Notes: generated from the sequence alone by a model not told the origin. A stretch of DNA of 38,926 nucleotides from Octopus sinensis (GCF_006345805.1 NW_021835810.1:1-38926), one strand, 5' to 3'. Counted from the first letter of the stretch, positions 11,383 to 23,490 are shown. Numbers and translations: made by a program.

Positions 11383-12789
11383 AATGAGGAAGTGGCGACT
11401 ACCTTCCCCTTTTCACAATCATACACACACTGTTGACACGGAATCAACCGATATTTGATACTGGTTCGTTAAAATTACCTCTAAACTCTCGCAAATAGTA
11501 CGTATTTATAAACCAAACCGCATGTTTTCGAATACGTACACCAGCGCACGAATACACACTCATACACTTACACTTACAAACATATATATATATATATTTA
11601 CAACCCCTCTATTATTTTAAAACCATTAAATAGTTTATGTTAATGGCCACGTACATATTACTTCCCTTGTCATTACTTCTCTTGCGCTTGAAAGAAATGA
11701 TTGTTGGGCACAGACTATTAACGGTTCGAAAAGAAGGAAAAAAACCCCCACAAAACAACTAAACCTATCACCATCTTTGTATATATATTTTTTCCCCTGT
11801 TTTCTTTGTGGGTAGTGGGTAACTCATTAGGTTTGGTAGCTATGATGTCCGGTGTCGGTAGGGGCCGTATTTAATGTCGGAAATGTTACGTGCAGAAATT
11901 GAACCTTCAAAAAAAAAAAAAAAAAATAGCGCTCTGTTTCTGATCCAGTAAAAAAACTGTTGGTGTAACACTACTCTTTGGAGGAGGAGGAGGAGGAGGA
12001 GGAGGAGGAGGAACAAAGGGCCTTTCAGCTGAAGACATGGAAACATCACAACATGACAAAGTAATATTTTGTGTATTGTAGAAGTATAACAAATTTATTG
12101 TTGATAAATTTTAAGAACAAAATCTTATGTGTGACCCCCACCAAGGTTCATATGGATCCCTAAGTGTCATATGAACCCGAAGTGTGATATGGACCCTGAT
12201 TTAGAACAGCTGCATTTACGTGGTCGGTGAGCTTACTTGAAATAGCAGTTGAATATCCATCGAATTACGGCAGTGTTTCGTATTTGAAGTTTCATACCTC
12301 TTAGGAACAGAAGAAAGGGACAAAGTTGGTGAATGGGTGGAGAGGGGATGCAAAAATATTTTTTAAAAAATTGGTTTATTTTGAAAAAGTAAAAAAAGTA
12401 TTCAAAGGTGCAATTTCTGTTCAATGAAATACGGAAAAACTAAAAAATGAAAGTAGGTATGTGAGGGAACACTCACCGATTCCTTTCCCATAAGGTATCA
12501 GTGGCGGGGCTAGAATGAACGACAGCCGAGATAGCCAGTGAGTTTGTCTCCCCAACTCAGGACCCCAAGTCTTATACAGATTTATACAGTAGAATCAAAA
12601 GTAACGCTACCATAAAAGCGTCCGTCGACCGAGTCGGGCCGCTCTTCACCATCACCATCTAGTACACTACTGTACGGTATGGGACTTTGATTCTAAAGTT
12701 CTGCCTTAATTACACACCAGTGTTTTACATTTGATACCCACCGTATGTCGAGGTAAAGGAAAATAAATGAAGACAAATATAAGGTTCGG

Positions 12790-13110
12790 AAGTGGCTATG
12801 TGGTTAAGAATCTTGCTTCACGACCATGTGGTCTTGGGTTCAGTCCTACTGCGCGGCACCATGGGTAACTGTTTTTTACTATAGCTCCGGGTGAACTAAA
12901 GCCTTGTGAGTGGATTTGGTAGACCAAAACTGAAAGAAGCCCGTTGTGGAGGTGGGAGGGGGGCGTGTGTGTGTCTGTTAGTTTGTTTGCATCTCCGAAC
13001 TTAGTGGTTCGACAAAACAAACCGGTAGAATAAGTACCGAGCTTTTTTAAAGAATAAGACCTGGAGTCGATTTGTTCGACTATAATCCTTCAGAACGATG
13101 CTCCAGCATG
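12790..13110 (+). mobile_element. SINE family B, diverged copy
   Basis: gtggctatgtggttaag...gggttcagtcctactgcgcggcacc...gccttgtgagtggatttggtagac...gatgctccagcatg. Confidence 0.85.
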
Positions 13111-13836
13111 ACCCGCGTGCGTGTTTGCGCATGACCCGCGTATCTGTATCGAAGGTACGTGCAATGTGCTTTTGGTCCATATGAGAGAGAGAGAACGTGT
13201 TTGGAGAATTGGTAAAGTTAGCAGTGTTTGTGTGAGATACATCTTTAATAAATTTCTATTAACTATAACCAAAACTCTATTTTGAACTAACACACAAGAT
13301 ACCTTACTAAATTGTAGTAACTTTACATACAGCATAAACCGTTCTTGAGATTTAAGGGATTTTTATTAACCATGTTTATAAATCTTCTATATCGCAACTC
13401 ACTTAAACAACATCTCGATGTTTATACAGTATTTTCTTTAGATTCGGCAGTAAACCCTTATCTCTCCTCATCTCACCTTATCTAACTTTTCCATCCCAAA
13501 TGTCCGTCACATGACTCTCAGGTGACATTATAAACATTTACCCATAATCACTAGATAGACACGCTAGATAAACAGCCAAGGGTTGCGCCCCTGCTTACCC
13601 TACACCAATGATGGCATTTACCTTAAAGCGTTCTGTTTATTCGATGTTTACTGCGTTGGTGTTTCTGGTGATTTGTCGCAGTGGAAGTGGGTTTGTATAT
13701 ATACTTTATATGTATGTGTTTGTGTGTGTGTTTATGTGTGACTGTGTGTGTGTGTATATACACACACATATATATATACAGATATGCATACTTGCATATA
13801 AATAAACATGCAGACACAAACGAACACACACACACG

Positions 13837-13870
<34 letters not shown>

Positions 13871-14039
13871 ACACACACACACACGCACGTATATGTTGTT
13901 GACGTCATAATAATTTTGTGAAGGTGAAATAATTCTTTCTTGGAAAAGTGAATCTCGAAACACCTGAAGCTATAGATTATATTATGTAAATATTAAGTTA
14001 GAAAACACATACATACACATACATATATACACATAGATG

Positions 14040-14089
<50 letters not shown>

Positions 14090-14149
14090 CATACAAAAAT
14101 ATACATGCATATATATACATATATACATGCATACATAATTGTGTATATA

Positions 14150-15395
14150 AAAAAAATTAAACGTCCGAACACTTTAAGGTCACTACAATTCATGAAACGG
14201 ATTAAAAACGTTTTTCATGATAATCCGGAAAAATCAATGAGAGCCATCACTGAAGAACTTCTAGTGTACAGAGACATTTGATATATGTCGTACGCACCGA
14301 GAAGCCAAGACACGGGCAAAGACACAAGGAAACCGTTAGATCCGTGTCAAGTGGTTACTTAAGAAAGTTGAACCATCACCTCACGAACATGGCATACTTC
14401 GGTTTTCCTCTGATGAAAAGAAAAAGATGCCTTCGACCATAACCGAGAACCTAACAGGACGAATGATAGATGTGCCCAGAGTGATGCACACGATATTTAC
14501 AACAGTAACGGTTTTAGGAGTGGTAAGTAACAGAGGTCAAATCATGCCACCTCACGTCTTTACGTAGTCTTAAAATTAATGCTGTTGCATACGATGTCGT
14601 ACTGGAGAAAGTTGTTAAGCACAGGATGGACAAAGTACACAGTGGAACGCTATATATGGATATTTTCGGTTTGAACTGCCATTTTTTCTAGCGGTGTCAT
14701 ATGAAATTGTCACCCATAATTATGACCCTAGAATCGATCTATTGTATTTCAATCTATTTTAGATTTAGGGTTAGTTAGGGTTAGGATCAGGGTTAGGGGT
14801 GGGGGAAGGGTATCTTTTTTTCTTCACAAATGTAAATAAACCCAATGTGTTTCTTAAACGAGGGACATATTCATACGGCACAGAATGCTTTTTAACTCAA
14901 TAGACGCCAGTGATTGGTTAAAATTGCCGAAATGAAAGAAATTAAAGACGAAATATGTTACAAACTACAGAATTTTCTCAAGAAAGCCAAAAGAAAATTG
15001 TGTTTTATAAACACATTCTACCAGTATACGAAGTTAAAAATTTTTTAGTTACCTAGAAATTATGTTAAAAACTGCCGTTCAAACCGAAAAGATCCCTACA
15101 TATGTTTCAACAACATTCAATGCCTTCTCACAAAGCCCACGTAACCCAAGAATGCATATCGGACAATATTTACGATCATGAAACACCAGACATATAGCTT
15201 CAAAACCTATGGACAACTAGGTTTGGAAAGTTGTTGGATGGAGACGAAAGGACAACCTCACAATAACACAGCTTCAATGAAGGCTGCCATGAAGGTGATA
15301 TCGTTCGAAATTAATAAAGCCTGTTTTAGTGCAGGTATGTCAAAGACTCTAGCCCCGCATCGAAGCAGGCATTGAAACTGAAGATGATTTACAAA
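14150..15395 (+). pseudogene. Degenerate Tc1/mariner DD37D (maT/mori-type) transposase, interrupted by a MITE
   Basis: Translated fragments: KRIKNVFHDNPEKSMRAITEELL; FSSDEK (first catalytic D); VLGVVSNRGQIMPPHVF; INAVAYDVVLEKVVK; then after the insertion YMFQQHSMPSHKAHVTQ (QQDSAPxH motif), ETKGQPHNNTASMKAA and RIEAGIETED. Multiple stops and frameshifts. Confidence 0.85.
14658..15095. mobile_element. Non-autonomous DNA transposon (MITE) nested in the transposase
   Basis: TIRs ggatattttcggtttgaactgc / gccgttcaaaccgaaaagatcc. Imperfect 8-bp TSD ctatatat (14650-14657) / ctacatat (15096-15103). Removing the element restores the frame SGTLYMFQQH. Confidence 0.85.
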
Positions 15396-15660
15396 ACACT
15401 CATAAAATAAAAGCTTATCGAGAGCGTGTGTACAAATTTTTATTAAATGTATATTTTGTTTTTGCGAGGTTAGAATCGTTTTGTCAAATTAGCAAACACG
15501 TCCTCAAATACCTCACACTCTTTATATGCATATATGAACATATAGATATGCACACACACGCGCGCATACACACACGCACACGCGCGCGCACATACACACA
15601 CATACAAATATATACATGAATATATATGTGTATAGATATATACATACATACATATATATT

Positions 15661-15788
15661 CTTTACTACCCACAAGGGGCTAAACATAGAGGAGACAAAC
15701 AAGTACAGACAAGGGATTAAGTCGATTACATCGACCTCAGTGGGTAACTCTTACTTAATTTATCGACCCCGAAAGGATGAAAGGCAAA
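15661..15788 (-). mobile_element. SINE family A, 3' fragment
   Basis: Reverse complement of the ...tttgcctttcatcctttcggggtcgataaattaag...ccccttgtgggtagtaaag segment. Confidence 0.85.
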
Positions 15789-15820
15789 ATACATACATAC
15801 ATATATATATATATACGTAT

Positions 15821-15863
<43 letters not shown>

Positions 15864-15870
15864 TATATAT

Positions 15871-16242
15871 ATAATGGTTGTATACTGTCAATCTAACAAG
15901 AACGTGACAGTAGGGGGTACACCACCGTTATATAGCCCTAGGAGGCATCGAACGCCTCCTGACAGCTTCGACACATTTTATCCTGTGTCCTTATATACAC
16001 ATACGAAGGGGAGACAAACACCCCCAACTGCCGGAACTGCATCTAGGGACACCGTGTTTCAGGATCATTGTCCTTCATCGGCCTAGAGTAGCAGACACCG
16101 GTCAGCTGGCGATGTCTGTCTCGACTTCGCATCTGTATATATCTATAGTCAGTGAAGTCTATTCACTGATTATCAAAATAAGAAATATTGAGTTTCCCCC
16201 TACTGTCACGTTCTTGTTAGATTGACAGTATACAACCATTAT
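15871..16242. mobile_element. MITE with perfect 47-bp terminal inverted repeats
   Basis: ataatggttgtatactgtcaatctaacaagaacgtgacagtaggggg (15871-15917) is the exact reverse complement of 16196-16242. It sits at the end of a (TA)n run. Confidence 0.88.
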
Positions 16243-16289
16243 ATCGCTCCACCACCGTACACCTCTCTACGAGAGATTTAGAAACTCAA

Positions 16290-16296
16290 TATTTCT

Positions 16297-16353
<57 letters not shown>

Positions 16354-17623
16354 ATATATATATATATATATATATATCATATACAAACAGGCATAAATAT
16401 ATACATACAAATATACATACATACACACATACATAGATACGACATACATACATACATGCATACATACATGCATACATACATACATACATACATGAACCTG
16501 CGTTCTGTCATAGTCCCTAATTAATTTTTTAATTCCTTATGGAGGGCACTTAATGTTTCCAGATGAACTGAGACGTGTAATGTGAAGGACATATGTATCT
16601 ACTATTTACACACACACGCACAAGCGCGCATTCACACACACATATACACACATTCGAACGTATATATGCATACATATGTATATATATGTGTGTGTGTGTA
16701 GGGAAAATACATATATGCGTGTATGTACGTACTTCCCTCTCTATGTATAAAAATTATATATATTTCTATGTATGCATATATGTATACATACATACATGCG
16801 TACATACATACACACACACACACACACATATAGATATCTATGTATATATACATATGTATATATATATATATATGTTTGTGTGCTTGTGTGTGTAGGTACA
16901 TATGTTCCTGAAGGTGTGATTGCGCGCGTGCGTACACCTGCTGGTACATACATGTGTATTTCTAGTCTTATTAGTCTTATAAGCCCCAAGTGGTCTATCA
17001 CGTGTGTACCACGTGACACGCATTGTTTCCTACGAGCACCGGAACAATAGTAAGCATATAAATGAAAGGCGATGGCAAGATGATGGTAATTTAAGGGCGT
17101 ACGAACATGCACAAACACAATTACTTACAAACACTCAGATATGCACATACACAGACAAAAGCGCATACACACACAAACACACACAAACACACTCACACAC
17201 ACACATACACACACACATTACGCCGCACACAATTACCTTCACTGATGAACACATTTACGCTTAATAAAGGCGTGCATGCATCTTCACGCATTCGTATATG
17301 AAATACAGAGATATACAGACATTTTTCTCAATTTATCCGCACACCCACACACTCACCACAGACACACTCACACATACACGCACAAGTGCCATACACACGT
17401 ACACACAAATCACATACACAGACACACAAATCACACGCACATGAATCATGCACACACACACACATGCATGTACAAATCACCTCAAATACATACATATACG
17501 TACGAATGTATTTGAGGCGGTGGCCCAGCGTGTCTGCAGTCAAATGACTGAAACAAGCGAAAGATGAAAAGATACATTTTCGAACAACCAAACAACGAAA
17601 CAAAACAACCTCCAACACACATG

Positions 17624-17662
<39 letters not shown>

Positions 17663-17670
17663 ATGCACAT
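16290..17670. repeat. (TA)n/(TACA)n/(CA)n microsatellite field with short unique spacers
   Basis: Direct repeat runs. A SINE B tail fragment lies at ~17515-17575. Confidence 0.85.
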
Positions 17671-18180
17671 TCATATACAATTTACCCTAATTAGTAATGG
17701 TGATGAAGTTTGCTGCATTGTATATGAAAGCATAAAAAAAGCGTATGAACATCTTAGAGTCACAACAAATTCAACAGCGCAACCTCAGAACTCTCCCCAC
17801 CTCCTATTTTAGCGTGCAGACTTATCACTCTTACGTATTCGCATTGCTCCGAATTAAACGTGCTTTATCTTGTAGCTTCGAGCTTTCTATGATGTGTTTG
17901 TTTAATTCCCTGAATGACTTTGCAGGGTAGGTGTAAGAGACCAAATCTGGTCGGTTTGAACATGAAAACAAGTGGAATATTTGAGCCGGTTTAAATGCTA
18001 ATGAGTAATGATCTAGGAATGCATTGCAGAACATTATAAAGATAACGTAGCCATATCAGAAAACATTAATGTATTTATCATGAAGCAGCAACATAAGCAC
18101 ATGCTTAGGGCATCAAGGAAGCGGCGGTGCGGTGGGGGAAAAACAAAAGAAATCGCACTAAATTTGCTAAAATAATACTG

Positions 18181-18392
18181 GTTTCAAATTTTGGCACCAG
18201 GCCATCAAGTTCGGGGAAGGGGGCTAGTCGATCATATCGACCCCAGTATTCAACTGGTACTTATTTTATCGATCCCGAAAGGATGAAAGGCTTAGATGAT
18301 CCTTGCGGCATTTGAACTCAGAACGCAAAGTCGGAAGAAATTCTGCTAAGCATTTTTTTTCCCAGTGCGCAGCGATTCTGCCATCCCGTCGC
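18181..18392 (-). mobile_element. SINE family A-related copy
   Basis: Reverse complement contains gagttcaaatgccgc (B-box), cctttcatcctttcgggatcgataaaataagtaccag and the ggtgccaaaatttgaaac tail. Confidence 0.8.
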
Positions 18393-18620
18393 ATTACTCG
18401 CTAAAATAATGTTCGAATTGGTTTATAGGATCGGAAATATAATTTCGAAGTTTTCAAGGTGACACAGTGAGGATCCAATCAAAGACTTTGCTATTAAATA
18501 AAACAGAAAAAGTAGGAGAAAACGTGGAAGTATACAGAAATGAACCCTGTGTTCCATCTTTCTGTTAGTTTTCTTTCGATTTGAAAAAAATTAATTTACT
18601 TTCTAGCTTATATTTTGAAT

Positions 18621-18929
18621 TACCGTATTTTAACGTGTTTAAAAAACCTTCGTGTATAAGGAAAACCCTAATTTTGGAAAAAAAGGACTTGTAAGGGATT
18701 AGGTAAATTTTGATAGGTGCAACCGCACTTATCGGGTAATGCGTTTCATTTTTGTGTGGGGAGAGAAAGAGAGAGAGAGAGATGGGAGACTATGGATATA
18801 GTAAGGAAGAAAGGCCCTTCAATGAAGGAGAGGGGTGACATAAATGAAATTAGAAATATCTTAAATGATACTAATGAGATGCTTTTCATCTCTCTCTCTC
18901 TATCTCTCTTGCTCTTTCTTGCTCTTTCT

Positions 18930-18968
<39 letters not shown>

Positions 18969-19249
18969 ACAAATGCATAATACTATGGAAGAGAAAACAA
19001 ATGCTTTTTTTCTTAAACACACACGATATAGTATGTAAATTAAGGATGTCTTTAAAAGATACAATATTTTCCCATTAGAATATAGTTTTTGCGATGTTGT
19101 AAGTCATAGAGATTTGAGGTTCAAGGAATTAAGTAATTTATTAATATCTATAATACTATCCATATATAATTAAAAAAAAACAAACTCCCGTATGTTTTTA
19201 ACCTAATTTTTGACATAAAATGTTTCCTTGTATACGTTATAATACGGTA
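18621..19249. mobile_element. Possible decayed MITE bounded by TACCGTATT / AATACGGTA
   Basis: A 9-bp perfect inverted pair at 18621 and 19241-19249, both followed internally by a cgtgta/tatacg-like motif. Short, so it could be chance. Confidence 0.3.
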
Positions 19250-19421
19250 CATGTATAAGGAGGCACTATAATTTTTTTAAGTGCTTAAGGCTCTATGGGT
19301 ATTAATCCGGCCCTACATGTAAATCAGCAGTATAGCAGAACGTAATGGAGGAAATATACATACATACATACATACATACATACATACATACATACATACA
19401 TACATACATACATGCATACAT

Positions 19422-19472
<51 letters not shown>

Positions 19473-19476
<4 letters not shown>

Positions 19477-22324
19477 GTCTTGCTTTTTTTTACCCCTCTG
19501 CAACAAGATCTCAGAATTTAAATTGATTTGCTTTTCGCAGGAAGGAATTTTTCATTCGAAGTATACGTCTCGCTTTTATCCTTCGAAACGTTTAGTAGAT
19601 GAAAGTTTAGCGACTGAAGAAGGGGATTTTTCGTTGTGCTTATTGTCCTGTATCTCCTTTTTTTTGCCTGTCTTGTTCCTTGGTTTGTGTCTATGTTTTT
19701 CGTCTCTCTATGTGTTCGACGTCTTTTTGGTGTCCTGTACACATATATGCGTGTATATGTACATGTAGAGGTAGTACGTACATATATGTTTATATATATG
19801 CATATATTTTATTACATATTATACGACTAAACGCACGCACCCTATTAAGTAAGATTGTTCTGTTTATCAAGTTCGCCTTGATATTACTCTCACGCGACTC
19901 TGCATCTTTCTTTCTTTCTCTCCATTCCCTTTTTCGTCTTTTTTCCCTCACTTAACTTGTCTCTTCTCTCTCTCTCCCCCTCACTGTTCTTCATGGTCTC
20001 CTCGCACCATTCCCCTTCTTCTGTCTCTTCCTCTTGCTCCTCCTCTCCCATCCCGTCGTCCATCTGCGACGTACTTCCGTCGTAACTGCTATTCTGTCCT
20101 TTCTCGCCCGCCTTCTAAGGCTACTGGTCGACATCTCCCTCTCTCGTCGTCCACTATAATCCAGCGTTTGCAATACTTTTTTCGTCTGGCGTTAACAGCC
20201 CTTCTTATCTTGTTCTCCTTGTCCTGTCTCTCACTGTTATATATTTATTTTTCCACTGTTTATATATATATATTTTTTACTGTTTATATGTTTGTACTGT
20301 CTTTACCGTCTTGCTTTTTTTTACCCCTCTGCAACAAGATCTCAGAATTTAAATTGATTTGCTTTTCGCAGGAAGGAATTTTTCATTCGAAGTATACGTC
20401 TCGCTTTTATCCTTCGAAACGTTTAGTAGATGAAAGTTTAGCGACTGAAGAAGGGGATTTTTCGTTGTGCTTATTGTCCTGTATCTCCTTTTTTTTGCCT
20501 GTCTTGTTCCTTGGTTTGTGTCTATGTTTTTCGTCTCTCTATGTGTTCGACGTCTTTTTGGTGTCCTGTACACATATATGCGTGTATATGTACATGTAGA
20601 GGTAGGTACGTACATATATGTTTATATATATGCATATATTTTATTAACATATTATACGACTAAACGCACGCACCCTATTAAGTAAGATTGTTCTGTTTAT
20701 CAAGTTCGCCTTGATATTAACTCTCACGCGACTCTGCATCTTTCTTTCTTTCTCTCCCATTCCCTTTTTCGTCTTTTTTCCTCACTTAACTTGTCTCTTC
20801 TCTCTCTCTCTCCCCCTCACTGTTCTTCATGGTCTCCTCGCACCATTCCCCTTCTTCTGTCTCTTCCTCTTGCTCCTCCTCTCCCATTCCCGTCGTCCAT
20901 CTGCGACGTACTTCCGTCGTAACTGCTATTCTGTCCTTTCTCGCCCGCCTTCTAAGGCTACTGGTCGACATCTCCCTCTCTCGTCGTCCACTATAATCCA
21001 GCGTTTGCAATACTTTTTTCGTCTGGCGTTAACAGCCCTTCTTATCTTGTTCTCCTTGTCCTGTCTCTCACTGTTATATATTTATTTTTCCACTGTTTAT
21101 ATATATATATTTTTTACTGTTTATATGTTTGTACTGTCTTTACCGTCTTGCTTTTTTTTACCCCTCTGCAACAAGATCTCAGAATTAAATTGATTTGCTT
21201 TTCGCAGGAAGGAATTTTTCATTCGAAGTATACGTCTCGCTTTTATCCTTCGAAACGTTTAGTAGATGAAAGTTTAGCGACTGAAGAAGGGGATTTTTCG
21301 TTGTGCTTATTGTCCTGTATCTCCTTTTTTTTGCCTGTCTTGTTCCTTGGTTTGTGTCTATTTTTTCGTCTCTCTATGTGTTCGACGTCTTTTTGGTGTC
21401 CTGTACACATATATGCGTGTATATGTACATGTAGAGGTAGGTACGTACATATATGTTTATATATATGCATATATTTTATTAACATATTATACGACTAAAC
21501 GCACGCACCCTATTAAGTAAGATTGTTCTGTTTATCAAGTTCGCCTTGATATTAACTCTCACGCGACTCTGCATCTTTCTTTCTTTCTCTCCCATTCCCT
21601 TTTTCGTCTTTTTTCCCTCACTTAACTTGTCTCTTCCTCTCTCTCTCCCCCTCACTGTTCTTCATGGTCTCCTCGCACCATTCCCCTTCTTCTGTCTCTT
21701 CCTCTTGCTCCTCCTCTCCATTCCCGTCGTCCATCTGCGACGTACTTCCGTCGTAACTGCTATTCTGTCCTTTCTCGCCCGCCTTCTAAGGCTACTGGTC
21801 GACATCTCCCTCTCTCGTCGTCCACTATAATCCAGCGTTTGCAATACTTTTTTCGTCTGGCGTTAACAGCCCTTCTTATCTTGTTCTCCTTGTCCTGTCT
21901 CTCACTGTTATATATTTATTTTTCCACTGTTTATATATATATATTTTTTACTGTTTATATGTTTGTACTGTCTTTACCGTCTTGCTTTTTTTTACCCCTC
22001 TGCAACAAGATCTCAGAATTTAAATTGATTTGCTTTTCGCAGGAAGGAATTTTTCATTCGAAGTATACGTCTCGCTTTTATCCTTCGAAACGTTTAGTAG
22101 ATGAAAGTTTAGCGACTGAAGAAGGGGATTTTTCGTTGTGCTTATTGTCCTGTATCTCCTTTTTTTTGCCTGTCTTGTTCCTTGGTTTGTGTCTATGTTT
22201 TTCGTCTCTCTATGTGTTCGACGTCTTTTTGGTGTCCTGTACACATATATGCGTGTATATGTACATGTAGAGGTAGGTACGTACATATATGTTTATATAT
22301 ATGCATATATTTTATTAACATATA
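19473..22324 (+). repeat. ~833-bp tandem array, 3.4 copies, pyrimidine-rich on +, carrying hammerhead remnants (PLE/retrozyme-like)
   Basis: Unit starts taccgtcttgc at 19473, 20304, 21141 and 21975 (periods 831, 837, 834). Copies differ mainly by 1-nt indels. The array is flanked by (TA)n on both sides. Each unit has ccttcGAAACGTT and agcgaCTGAAGAagggg. Confidence 0.95.
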
Positions 22325-22381
22325 TATATATATATATATATTAGTAATGCAATACTAGAGTATCGCCTTCCAGTAAAGAAT

Positions 22382-22888
22382 TCCGAATTCAAATTCCATC
22401 ATGGTCATCAAATTTGCTTGTAATTATTTCGCCCAAGATGGCTCAAGTCGGCGGTCTTTACCATTGACAAACATCAGTGGTATGTAGAAGGGAGAATTAC
22501 ATACGTGACTAACTAAAAAAAAAAAAAGAACCCTCTGGCCCTGGCCTGCACATACATGAGCAAATGCTACAGGTCTGCAACACTCGAACAGACCCATAAT
22601 AAAAACTCAGTTCATTCATGACCGTCTCGTTTATATCCAGATATTGCAGCGAACCATCCATTGTCTAATATGTTGGAGTTTTTGTCGATCAAGTTTGGCC
22701 CTGTATCTGCTCATGTATGTGCAGGCCAGGGCCAGAGGGTTCTTTTTTTTTTTTTAGTTAGTCACGTATGTAATTCTCCCTTCTACATACCACTGATGTT
22801 TGTCAATGGTAAAGACCGCCGACTTGAGCCATCTTGGGCGAAATAATTACAAGCAAATTTGATGACCATGATGGAATTTGAACTCGGA
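22382..22888. repeat. Perfect long inverted repeat (175-bp arms, 145-bp spacer)
   Basis: 22388-22562 is the exact reverse complement of 22708-22882, including A13/T13. It extends to 22382/22888 with one mismatch. Confidence 0.95.
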
Positions 22889-22911
22889 GCAAACATCGTA
22901 AGGCATTGTCA

Positions 22912-23110
22912 TCGGGGACGTAAACATACCAACACTGGTTGTCAAGTACCAGTGGGGGGAAAACTTAAACACACACACACACACACAAGAGACCAATAGA
23001 ATAAGTACCAGACTTAAAAGAAAAGTATTGGGGTCGAATCATTTGACTAAATTCCTCAATGCAATGCTCCAGTATGGCCACAGTCTAATGATTGAAACAA
23101 GTTAAAGCTA
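22912..23110 (+). mobile_element. SINE family B, 3' half
   Basis: ggggacgtaaacataccaacactggttgtcaag followed by gaataagtacc...tgctccagtatggccacagtctaatgattgaaacaag. The first segment appears to be a short reverse-oriented piece. Confidence 0.7.
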
Positions 23111-23308
23111 AAATACTTCCATACGTACATGTATGCATAAATACACACACACACACACATATACATACATTTATACGTGCATAAATACGTATATACACGC
23201 ATACATGCATACATACATACATACATACATCCCCCCCGCGCGCGCGTTTTTTCTCTCCCCCCTTTTCCCTTTGTCACACCCCCTCTTTCTCTCCCTTCTT
23301 TCTCTCTG

Positions 23309-23344
<36 letters not shown>

Positions 23345-23490
23345 TGGTCTTCCACACAGTTTTCCTCTACCAAATTGACTCAAATGTATTGGTAAGCGCG
23401 AGGACTTCAATAGAAGACACACGCCGAAAGAGCCGCACAGTAGGACCGAACCCGAAACCAACGTAGTTACAAAGCGAGCTTCTTAACCCC
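23345..23490 (-). mobile_element. SINE family B, diverged 5' half
   Basis: cacagttttcctctaccaaattgactc...tagaagacac...gaccgaacccgaaacc...cttcttaaccccatagccacgcc. Confidence 0.65.

Noticed and set aside
11945-12061. Possible exon (tccag|...GGA repeat...GACAAA|gtaata) and a CTGAAGA-catg-GAAA motif
   Set aside because: The peptide is unrecognisable and dominated by a GGA repeat. The HHR-like motif has no room for stem II.
12588-12695. Imperfect inverted repeat tagaatcaaaagt / actttgattcta
   Set aside because: Short and degenerate, with no TSD or clear termini. It may be an old MITE remnant but is not supportable.
14410-14420. CTGATGA hammerhead-like core (also CTGAAGA at ~14250 and ~15378)
   Set aside because: These are codons of the transposase (SDE etc.), with no stem II/GAAA/stem III arrangement.
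20168-20599. Hydrophobic 143-aa ORF repeated in the array (also 21839-22270), resembling a membrane protein
   Set aside because: It results from the T/C-rich strand bias, and the frame is not preserved in all units because of 1-nt indels.
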